This document shows, in pieces, positions 27,045 to 37,023 of a stretch of 64,000 nucleotides of DNA (within the stretch, counting starts at the first letter, position 1; every line of letters starts with the position of its first letter). The notes beneath the pieces were generated by a model, which saw nothing but the letters and a program-made list of their open reading frames with translations, was not told the DNA's origin and made no database searches. The translations under genes were made by a program, and so were the position numbers. This DNA comes from Amoebidium appalachense (lineage: Eukaryota; Protista; Ichthyosporea), in assembly GCA_963693365.1 (NCBI GenBank), contig CAVNZM010000003.1, positions 2,258,768 to 2,322,767 on the forward strand, read 5' to 3'.

Positions 27045-27922
27045 TAGAAAGAAAAACTGCTCGTGGGTCACTGTTTTTCGTCACTGTATTTGTAACGGGC
27101 CGCTCATATTTATATAACTACTTTAATTTAAGTACACGTGTTCATTATCATATACGATGGCCAAATATAGAAATTTTGGCGTCGAAGTTCTTGGAGCTAA
27201 AAAAACGTTTAAAAGGGGGAAATAATAGCTTGGCCCCAAATTTACCTTGCCGTTTTTAGCGAATGTATTTTTTATTCATGAGTTCTAGTGATTCAGTGAG
27301 TGCACGTGCCTGCCTCAGGCTGATCATGACAACTGCAACACACCATTCCTACATGGATATCAACCAAAAGAAAATAGTATATACTGTGGTGGTCTCCTAA
27401 ACCTTGTGCGGCATGCGCATACATGATATTACAGTGACGCATGTGCATATTATTGTTCTGTACACCGGAGTGTGCCGGTGCACGTGGCTGTTTTGTGCAC
27501 ATGTTACAATAGCAGCACGATCTCCCTAAACTCCATGTTTACACATCCCTCACCCTGGCTCTGCCTTGTCGGTGCTCCAAAACACACATACAAATCCCCC
27601 TAGACTCAGTGCCTGCACATGGTCGCATTCACGTGCAGGTCACGTGACACATGCGATGCCATACTGCCGTCTACAGCAACAACCACGGCAGCATGTATAC
27701 CGGCCCAGCACGAAATATACTTATCGGCAGCCCACTGAACTCGCCCATTTTCTCTTTTTCATGTATGTCCCTCCTTTTTTGTAAAATCACCCTTTTTGGC
27801 CTCCCGGTAGTGGATTTTGCAGGATTTGACTTCTTTGAGGTCCAAAAACCTCAAATTTTCCCCGGCGGGGCCGGGGAGGGAGAATTCAAAAATTGCCCGC
27901 TCCTGATATGGTACCCGGGCCT
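16965..27922 (+). mobile_element. Dada-like DNA transposon, full-length copy C (last in array)
   Basis: Same structure as copy B. The right end is followed by ATTTTTGG (27923-27930) and then unique AT-rich flank. Confidence 0.75.
17284..25149 (+). CDS. Dada-like transposase-exonuclease, copy C; exons 17284-18393, 19384-19572, 20561-21391, 21836-22476, 22942-23148, 23551-25149
   Basis: Same motifs as copy B. Last exon intact (538-aa ORF 23533-25149). Exon 1 has 5 extra nt in a (GGT)n run at ~17847-17858 that shifts the frame. Confidence 0.8.
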
Positions 27923-28433
27923 ATTTTTGGAATTAATCTAATTTTATTTGAACAATAGAACCAAGTCGCTCTGTTTTTTTGTGCTGAATAGTTGGGGCAA
28001 ACCTGCAAATCTTGAGAGGCCTGTAAATCGTGAGAAACTTATGATCCCATACTTGGTTATTTTCTTTTTTTGTGCGTTTTTTCTCATTGGTTTTGTTTGA
28101 ATATGGGCGGGGAAATGGGTGGGGCGGTTACTGGCACTCAGGCCTGCAACGGCAAAAAAAAACGGCGCTTCTCCGATACCCAGAACGTGAAATGTGAGCT
28201 CTCATGAGCTGCTGGCCAAAACCCTTCGGACATGTTTTCTACATAATAAACGGGCACAAACCACTTTCTTTTTAACTAAATAAGTGTTTCTGAGTAGTTT
28301 TTGCCTTTGTTTGGGTGTAATTGTGTAGGGGTAGGTAGCTGGTGTGAGCACGTGATGCTCGGGGTAGCATTGGCCTTCATTACTGACCACAACACTAGCA
28401 TAGTACAGCACTGTTGTAACTGCGTGTCAGAAA

Positions 28434-30003
28434 ATGGCAAAGGCTCCCAAAAAAAACAAGCATATGCCTAAGCTTCGCAAAAAAGGGCCCACTCGCAGTG
28501 CACCTAGTGTAATAAAGCAGGGTTACAAGTACGGGCCCAAGTATAATCCCATGTTCATGGAACAGGCAACTAGACAGCTAAAGAAGAGAAGCTCAGTCAA
28601 GCAACGGGTTGCCGAAGTAGCTGCAACCACTGGCATTTCCGTTGCAACCCTATACAGACACAAAAAAGACCCTGAGTATGGAAACAAGAAACCGGGCCCT
28701 AAGCCCATTCAAACACTGAGATGAGGAGATTGGCCTTGCTAGTGGGCTGGTGTTCCTGGCTGGGAGGGGGTTGGGGGTTTCTCGTGCTGAAGTTCTGCAT
28801 GGGACATTGCTGAGCGTAACGGCAAAAAATTCAATACAGCAGACGGGCTTCCGGGTGAGGGGTGGTTCAATTTGTTCGAACGCCGTGCCAAACAGCACGG
28901 TTATAATTACAACCTCAATTTCCGCAAACCAAACGAACTTTCGAAAGCGCGCGTTTCCGCTCTCACGGAGGAGAAGATGAATTCGTGGTTTGATATGGTG
29001 GAGGAACTGGTGGAAGAAAAGCAGATAAACGTGGAGAAGAATCTGTTCAACGACGACGAGAAACAACTGCGCATAACCAACGTGCGTGCGGGTCAGAAAC
29101 TTCTCACGGTCACAGACATGAAAAACATACAAAGTCGGCTATGGGTTTGTGGAGCAAGACTGGCACCTATCCATCATTCCTACTATTGTTGCGTCCGGTG
29201 ACGCCCTCCCACCCACCATTGTAGTGCCCTCGAGTCTCAATGTCAGAGGAAATGGAAATGGCCGTTAAGTATATCCACCCAGACGCGTTGCTAGCCTACT
29301 CTGATGACGGTTGGAGCACCAGCACAATATACCTCGAGCACACCCGGCGACACCCGAATTGGAGGCAGAAGTCTTTGCCCTCAAAACAGCAAGACAGCGG
29401 TTCGGTACAGTGCACAACATTCGTCCCGAGCAGGCAGGCCCCCTCCCCACCCAACCCCCCGCACAAACAGCCGACCCCATCAGCACGCCCCAGCAAACAC
29501 CACCACACGGTCGGGCACCACTCGCAGAACGCAACCCAAACAGCAACGCCACGATAGTGCGAAAACGGAAAAAGCAACAGGGGTGCATGATCGGAACAAG
29601 CGAGCAGCACTTGGACGGCAGAAGGGAGAAGGAACGTGTTGTGGCGGAGGAGAAGCAGAAGAAGGAGGAACGGGCAAAGGCAGCGGAGGGAAGAAAGAAG
29701 CAAAAGGCCTTAGTGGCACTGGTTATCGGTCCCTGCCAAGCAAACAAGCAGTCGGGGGAACCTTGTGGCCTCAAAGCCATGCCAAGCCACGAACACGGAG
29801 GGGTGCGACTGTGCAAGCGGCACCTAAAGACACGGAACAAGGGGTTGGAGAACACAAGCGCCGCAGCGAAACCGAACAACACCACCAATGATGCGGAGCA
29901 GGATGTTAGCGAAAGCGAGTACGCACAGGAGGGCGAGGGGAACAGAGCGCAAAGGAGGAGTGGGAGGAGAGATACAGGGGGAGGAGCATGTGGGAAGATG
30001 TAG
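28434..30003 (+). pseudogene. pogo-like transposase pseudogene (HTH + CENP-B-type HTH + partial DDE_1 + basic coiled coil + CCCH finger)
   Basis: VAATTGISVATLYRH (HTH), GPKP, EEIGLA..LAGRGLG, PGEGWFNLFERR, LSKARVSALTEE..WFD, LFNDDE, ASGDALPP and YSDDGWS are spread over several frames. The region with the 2nd/3rd catalytic Asp appears deleted near 29340. Confidence 0.85.
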
Positions 30004-30434
30004 GGGAAGAAGGTGAAGGAAGTGGGAGTGACACGGAGGATGATGTGATGCCCACGAGCGACTATGGGGCTGCCGTCTGATTGTTTAAAAATAAAGAGTT
30101 CCTTTTGACGCAGAACAGCTTCATATTCCGCAGTTGTGACGTTTGCGTAGTATATGTGTGCTGTATCCTCCCAGATGGTAAGCAGGACTTCCAAGTGAGG
30201 ATAGTGCTTGATTTTCAGTAACTGCGCATCATCCTTGTACTCTATGTCAACCATGTCGCTTGTGTCAAGCCGGGGCACAAGAATAATGTCGGCAAATGCC
30301 ATTTTACTTGTCCTTGTGTATGTTTGGCCTCGAAGCCTCGGAGTTTTAGTGACCGTAAAAAGAGCTAGGAGAAAGTGGGAGAATAGATAGTGTGGGCACT
30401 CGACGGGACCTCTTGTTTTGTTTTGCGGCGACAT
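29265..30434 (-). CDS. Hypothetical convergent ORF inside the pogo-like element (unique part ~30003-30434; alternative start 30302)
   Basis: 389-aa open frame. The segment MAFADIILVPRLDTSDMVDIEYKDDAQLLKIKHYPHLEVLLTIWEDTAHIYYAN has globular-protein composition; the remainder is antisense to the transposase C-terminus. No family recognised. Confidence 0.35.
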   Translation of the reverse strand: MSPQNKTRGPVECPHYLFSHFLLALFTVTKTPRLRGQTYTRTSKMAFADIILVPRLDTSDMVDIEYKDDAQLLKIKHYPHLEVLLTIWEDTAHIYYANVTTAEYEAVLRQKELFIFKQSDGSPIVARGHHIILRVTPTSFTFFPYIFPHAPPPVSLLPLLLCALFPSPSCAYSLSLTSCSASLVVLFGFAAALVFSNPLFRVFRCRLHSRTPPCSWLGMALRPQGSPDCLFAWQGPITSATKAFCFFLPSAAFARSSFFCFSSATTRSFSLLPSKCCSLVPIMHPCCFFRFRTIVALLFGLRSASGARPCGGVCWGVLMGSAVCAGGWVGRGPACSGRMLCTVPNRCLAVLRAKTSASNSGVAGCARGILCWCSNRHQSRLATRLGGYT

Positions 30435-31920
30435 GTGATAGATCGATCATCCGACAGTCAAGAGCCTATCATGATCTACAGGGTTCTCTAATTGATTTGA
30501 AGGTATGGTCGACAAATCAACTGCCTGAACTAAACTGCTATCGCTTTGTTGTTTTAAGTACCAGTTCTTAGTAGAGGACTTAAAATTGTATTATAAAGGT
30601 TTTTTCCGCTTTTAAAAATAATCATCCCTTCACAAGATATACGAGTTTCTGGGAAAAGTTCTCACGATTTGCAGGTTTACCCCTATTTCTCAAATGCATT
30701 TCAATATCGATGATATCCCTGGCGTAGTTTCACTATGAGCCAAGCCGACTTGCCCATGTTTCTGCTATTTTGGGTTTCAATTTGTCCCACGTGGCCACAA
30801 TTTCCAAGAAACTGTATCTCAACAACAGCAGGACTACTACTCAAGCTTGCATTCGGATTTGGGTGACCACCCACACACGATGCCTGCTGCTTGCTGCAGC
30901 TCGGCACCTCTCTCATAGCCATGATTGTGAAATAACCCACATGGATTTTTGCTGTGGTCATGAAACGGTCACCCATACCTCTCTGCTATATACGCAAAGT
31001 AAACGCGGCATAGTATGTCCCCGTCTGACTCAACCCTGCCACCCCTAGTGAAATTACATGCAATGCATTTTCTCTGCCGCCACAGATCACAGTACATTTC
31101 TGTTTCTGATGGTCCACGCCTCTCTGCTCTATAAAAGGCGATGGGCCATTCACCCTAGAATGACCAAGTGTGTTTTATGAGAGGGAGGAGAGGGGGAGGG
31201 AGGAGCCTCGGGGGTGAACCTCGACTGACCGGTGTTTTTCTGGTTGTGTGTGTGTGTGTGTGCGGGGGCAGGGGGGGGGGGGGGAGGGGGGGGTGGGGAG
31301 GGAGACTACCCGGAGTCGGGCCGGGGCGGCGGCGAGAGAGAGAGGGGGGAGGGGGGAGGGGGGGGGGTGGGGGAGGGTAAAAGAAAGACAGGCTTCTTTT
31401 GGTAATTGTATGTATGTATTGCCTGAAACCTTGACACACTGCCAAATGATGTTAATGATGGGGTGTGGGTCAAAGGGCAGGTGCAAATGAGAAGGTGGAT
31501 GACAAGCTGCATAGCAAAAAAAAATCGGTGATTTCATCATGTGCAAGTGTACAGTACGTCCCCCCCCCCCCCCCCCCCCGCCTCTCTCTCCCTCCCCCCT
31601 CCACCCTCATCCCCTCTGTGCCGGCACACACACACACCCCACGCACACATTCACATAATTAGCCAACATAACGAACACATGCGGGCACAAATTAAAAGGA
31701 ACACACATACACACTGACACCTTATCATTATTTAAATCAGCCAATAACCACACACATCTGCGTGCACAGATGTACACACAAGCACGCACACGCACAAGCA
31801 AATACGCACAAGCAAACACGCACACACACAAGCAAACACGCACACACATATGCACACACACCGTGACACACACACACCGTATGATAGACACACGTTGTCA
31901 CACACGCACCTGACGCACGG

Positions 31921-31967
<47 letters not shown>

Positions 31968-32188
31968 CACACACACGTGCACACACTAATTCCATTACGT
32001 ACATCAGTGCATATTCGCGCGGGTTAACAAACATGCAGTAATATAGCTGGGGCATATTTTCTTTCATTGCTCTGTCCCACTATCCTCTGTTGCCACACCT
32101 GTCTACATCAAGATAAACCTGTGATTCAAGAGTTTCCAAGTTTCTCAGCACACACTGGCGGTCTCAGCGCTAGGCCTGCCTGCGCAGC

Positions 32189-32683
32189 CACGGCCCTCTG
32201 AAAAAAAGACGGCCTGGCCGCAGATCGGGGTCAAAAGAGCAGATTGGTATTTCGATCCACTGGATTCGCCATGATTCGCTAGCAAACTATCTGCTCACAG
32301 TGCGAGTAGGCCTATGTATGTGCGCAGATGAAGGAAAACGGAAGGAAAAAAAAGCGACAAAAGTTTATGAAGTGCTTCCTATGTTCTGGGGCGTTCTTTG
32401 GTCTTAGAGTAATATTCTAAAGCCCTATAGCACAAAGTTTTGGCATAGTGTACATAATGGTGTAGCTGAGTCTCAGTATAGTTATATCTATTGAGTAGTT
32501 CACGTTTACACAAACACGGCCGTGAGCAAAGATCTACTACAAAACTAGAACTCATCTTTGCGTATATTCTCTCAAGGTGTTTCTATCCACTAGGTAACTA
32601 GGTAACATAATACTACCTGTATGTTAAGTATTAGAACGTCTATGTCCTGCAACACTAACCACCAACCAATAAACACTGTGTAG

Positions 32684-32717
<34 letters not shown>

Positions 32718-33369
32718 GCAAACCCTCACACCTCTACCTACTGGCAAAAAAAGAAAAGGGTGAAAAAACACTGACAAAGCCGCTAGAGCTCTGCTTCCTC
32801 CAAATACGCTTCTACCATCCAATCGTACTCCGCCTCTGCTGCCTCCAGTGCAGCCACCAGCTCGTCATCGTTTCACTCCATCTCCCACTCGACGGTAGGT
32901 GGTTCTGCCGTGGTTGTTTTGTTTTCACCTTTCTTTCCCTTCTTCCTCCCTTCGCCTCCGTTTTCCTCTGTTTTGCTCTCCTTTTTCTTCTTTGCTGGTT
33001 TTGTCGACGGCTTGCTCTGCTTGCTTCTCTGATTTTATAGACGTGGCCCCAGATGGTGTTGTTGTAGAGTGGGAGAATGGTCTCGATGGTGATCGTTTTG
33101 CGTTTGCTGTTGAGCGCCGAACAGCTGTGTTACACTTGTGCCCGTCTGCACTGCCAGCTTTGCCAGCTTCTGCACCCGTATCCTTTTGACGGCCTGGAGA
33201 GTCTGTTCAAAGAGGTGAGTTTATTGTGTGATTTGTGTATATATAGATGGCACGTGGCTATAAAAGTTATGACACACTATGGTGCGGGCGCGCAAGCAGT
33301 GTATCATAGCATATCTTCGTGTGTACACAAGCATGGTTTAAGTGTATCTGCATGGGGTTGTGTATGTAT

Positions 33370-33423
<54 letters not shown>

Positions 33424-34185
33424 GTGTATGTGTGTCTGTGTGTTTGTGTGTGTGTGTGCGTGTACGTGTGTGCATTTTTGTGGTTTGAGTTCAACAACCC
33501 CCCCCCCCCCCCCCCCCCTAATTTCATTTTTCGTTCAGTTTTCTTTGCACCCTTTCTTTCCACCACACTCCTTTTATCCTGATACCCCCCCCCCTCCCCC
33601 CCCTCCTCCTCCAACCCCTTCTGTCCCTGCCTCTCTCGCTATCCCCCCCCCCCCCCCCCCCCCCCCCCTCCCCCTTTTTTTTTTCTCCTGATTATTTTAT
33701 TCCTCGGGACCACCATGTCATGACACCACTATCCCATTATTAAGGTGAATCACCAAATCATCCTATATCTGTTGTCTCTATTCTTTGTAATGCTGTATGA
33801 ATCGTGTGTGTGTGATGTATCCCTTGTGTTTCACTGTGGCAGGCAGTGGGTGGGTGGCTGAGTAGGGTAGGGGTGGGGGGGATGGGGGGGGGGGACCAGG
33901 AGGGGAGGTACCCACCTGTGCTGTCCCAACGTTGTAGTTCCCACCTCTGTACTGTCGGATTGTGCCAAAAGCACCCTCAAGGGGGTCGGTTTGAAACTTT
34001 CTGGTGAGCACAAAGTTGAGCTTCTCGCCGCTCACGCCGCTGTCCAGGAGATAGCGGATGAAACTGGCCTGCAAATAAAAAGTCAGCAAAATCTGTGTGG
34101 CACCACATTTGACTACGCTTGGCATGTGAAAAACCATATGGAAAAGCCCCCCCCCCCCCCTCCTCACCCACCCATCCTGACACAG

Positions 34186-34221
<36 letters not shown>

Positions 34222-34286
34222 AGACACGCACACAAACACACTGATGCGCGCGCACACACACACACAGTGTCACACACAGACACACA

Positions 34287-34318
<32 letters not shown>

Positions 34319-35775
34319 TCACACACTTTATGCCGGTCGACTCCTCATGTGACCTCGTGTGTTGGGGGGGGGTGAGGGGGTGAGGGGGGTGTTTATCTAT
34401 CCAGTCAAGGGGAGGGGGAAGAAGGGGGTGGGAGGGGGGGAGAGGGGTTGCTTATTTCTCAACGCAATAGAAATGAATAAGTCTCACGTGTTTGGAGGGG
34501 GGGGGGTATGGAGGGGGGTTCAAGATTGAAATTTTCGGTTTATTCTGTCGTTTCGTGTACGAAGGGGGATGTGGTGGTGCTATGGCGCGACCATGGTGGA
34601 GAGAGAAGAGGTGGGGGGGGGGGGGGGGGGGGGGAAGCTGTGTTGTTTAGTGCACGAGGGCTGGGAAGAGGGCACACCGGAGGGGATTTTGGAATTTCAG
34701 TGTGTTTTTCATCCTCCTTCCTGCCTTTTTTTTTTTTTTGGGGGGGGGGGGGGGGGGTGAGGGGGAGCGGCATGAGGACATTGGAGGGGATTTTGAGGGG
34801 GGGGGGGGGGGTACCATTGTCTTGCTCGTAAACGCCAGCGACCACTGCGTTTCCTCCGTAAAACCCCCCTCGCCAGTGGGCATGCTCACCATCCACTCAG
34901 CGAATTTCTCCAGCCAAATCAGCCGCTGGTCACTGCTGCTGGTGAATGCAGCACACCATGGGTCCATTTTGCGCGCCGCATATGTGGTGGTACCAATGTT
35001 CATAAGCTTCCACCACCGTGCGATTTGTTTTAGGAAGTTTGCGGTGAACTTAAACAGGGGTTCATCGACCACGTGGTTGTCGAGCGCAGCAATGGTAGAC
35101 TCGTGGAACACAGCCAAAGCTGGCCCCACCTTCTGCTTGTCGAAGTTGTTGGGCCAGAGAACGGTGGGTGTGAGTCTAAAGGCCTCCTTGAGTGCCTGCC
35201 CGCGTTCAGACTCGTAGATAGTCTGCAGATGACGAAAACATGCCGTCCCCCCCTCGAATGAGAGATCGATCTTTTGACCGTTGATCTCCCATACAAAAGT
35301 GAACCCACTGCGGGTCGAAGTTCTCAGGCCACTGCCTCGGCACAGCACGTAGCCACGCACTGAGAAGGTTCCGTGTTTCTTCGCGTAGTGTCTCGCTTTT
35401 AATGCGCCCGTCGTTTGGGTTGGGGAATTTGTAAACGAAAACCTTGTTTTGGTCGTCGTAGTTGCCTCTGCAGCCTGGAACACTGCATATGTTACCGATT
35501 TTGTTGCTACGCAGACCGTTACTCCTCTTCTTATCCATTCCAGGCTCGGGAGGAGCAGCTCCCTTCATAAGGCCAGTCCCGCCGTCAGCCATGTTACCGA
35601 TGTCTCCGTCTTTGAACCAAAAAAAGCGAGACGTAAACGAAAAACAACAACATACATGTTCTGTGCGGACATCTCGTTTTAGGGCCGGAATCCAGTGGAT
35701 CGAAATACCACGAGCACAATGGAATGCGATTTTATGACGTAGTGTATCCAGGCCGTCTTTTTTCAGAGGGCCGTG
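32189..35775 (-). mobile_element. P-element superfamily (THAP9-like) DNA transposon, internally deleted
   Basis: CA...TG termini with ~29-bp TIRs CACGGCCCTCTGAAAAAAAGACGGCCTGG (32189-32217) and 35748-35775. A perfect 23-bp subterminal inverted repeat lies at 32245-32267 / 35688-35710. P transposase motifs inside. Confidence 0.9.
33035..35592 (-). pseudogene. P-element transposase, deleted and frameshifted; exons 35592-34815, 34068-33916, 33202-33035
   Basis: THAP start CSVPGC..YKFP..AWLRAVPR. Frame change near 35310 into the GTP-binding insertion (RLTPTVLWPNNFDKQKVGPALAVF, TANFL..IARWWKLMNI), then FTEETQWSL and [25 protein letters not shown] (catalytic E). Two phase-0 GT-AG introns. The N-terminal RNase H part with the two Asp is missing. 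Confidence 0.88.
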
Positions 35776-35883
35776 CTAGCTCTTTTTTTCAGAGGGCCGT
35801 GCTAGCTCTTTTTTTCAGAGGGCCGTGGCGCTAGCCCTAGCCGTCACCACGGCCCTCTGAAAAAAAGAGGGCCGTGCCGTCAC
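35776..35883. repeat. P-element end remnants: two extra 21-bp TIR copies and a 29-bp excision footprint with 7-bp TSD
   Basis: CTAGC+TCTTTTTTTCAGAGGGCCGTG twice (35776-35801, 35802-35827). Then CCGTCAC[CACGGCCCTCTGAAAAAAAGAGGGCCGTG]CCGTCAC at 35841-35883. Confidence 0.85.
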
Positions 35884-37023
35884 CCAGCCTGGGGCGGACA
35901 CTCACGAGTCACGACAGCCCACGAACAGGTCCCGCCGGAAATAGCATGAGATCTTGGCCAATCATCTTGCGCCCGCTCAGAGCCTTCGAAAGATCTAACC
36001 AGGGTGTGAAATAATGCTAATGCGAGTTCAAACTTCAGAGGCAAGTTCTGGCAGTTGTATCCTACATGAACAGGCGCACCAACTATTCTGTAAAATAGAC
36101 CCCCGACCCAGTTATCAAATTAACCCAATTAACCAAGCGTATTCTAAGGTGGTCGTCGAAAAAAAATGATCTGACTTCAAAGGTTATTGCGGTCGTTTTC
36201 GGAACTAAGGTATATTTGTAGCCCTGAGGTACCTATATATGTATGCCATATCTTTCAATATCACACCCTGCTACTTATTGTAGTGTTTGACGCATGCGGC
36301 GTGACAACTCTTGCCCTTGTGTCTTACTAGCCACCAACGTTTAGCATCGAAAAAAATTCAAAATAAAAAACTTTTGTATTTAAATATTATCCTTTCCCTT
36401 TTTGAAGGAAGCCATGATTTTTGGTGCCCTTGTTGCATGCTCACGTTCGTGAGCCTCTCCTGCCGCAATCTTATTGAGTTAGAGTGCACCAATGATATGC
36501 CTGCCCAGGAATTCCGTCACGCACAAATGGTCTGCGCAGTGCCACCATTTTCACACTCGCACCGTTTTCTCACCCTCGTCGTTTTGCAGAAGTGTCAGAA
36601 GTGAAAGCGTTCCTTCGTTCTTTTCTTTCTCTCTTCTAGGGGCTAAAATAACCAGAAACACTTCTTGCTGTGACCAAGACTCCGTGATTTTTGCTTCCAC
36701 CTAACTCGGTGCTTGTGTGTTCCACCGTGCTGTTTTTTTTTCCCCTTCACGTTTCCGATCCCATTGAGCACATGTACTCGTGGTTTCGTGCGTGTCTCGG
36801 CATCAGAAGATTTTTTTCTGGTGAGCTTGTTAATGTTAATGATAGGGGTTTTCGAAAGGCAGCGCGGACCTTATTCACTCAAATTTTTGGCGAAGTTTAG
36901 CATTACCACTTCGGTTCCAGCAGTATAGTTGGCAAGATCTCAGTAAACAAGATCGAACACAACATAGGTAGTCACTCACTTCGTGACCTTCATACATTAA
37001 GTTTTCCCTAAACATATTACAAA

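Larger units (their letters stand above)
1..27930 (+). repeat. Head-to-tail tandem array of a ~10.97 kb unit (partial copy A 1-~5995, copy B ~5996-16961, copy C ~16962-27925); array extends beyond the left window edge
   Basis: The landmark TCCTGATATGGTACCCGGGC occurs at 5971, 16937 and 27901 (periods 10966 and 10964). All ORFs recur at this period. Identity stops after ATTTTTGG at 27930. Copies differ mostly in homopolymer/microsatellite length plus rare substitutions (e.g. C9582 vs T20576). Confidence 0.97.
27994..30683 (+). mobile_element. pogo/Fot1-like (Tc1-mariner superfamily) DNA transposon, decayed
   Basis: 24-bp TIRs GGGGCAAACCTGCAAATCTTGAGA (27994-28017) and TCTCACGATTTGCAGGTTTACCCC (30660-30683), 2 mismatches. 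TA follows the right end; the left is preceded by TT. A subterminal direct copy CCTGTAAATCGTGAGAAACTT lies at 28020-28040. Encloses transposase remnants. Confidence 0.85.

Noticed and set aside
27921-27993. Intact snRNA or SL-RNA 3' half after the Sm-like ATTTTTGG
   Set aside because: No recognisable downstream stem-loop; kept only as a hypothesis in findings.
30701-31048. Short ORFs between the pogo and P elements
   Set aside because: No recognisable motifs or splice structure.
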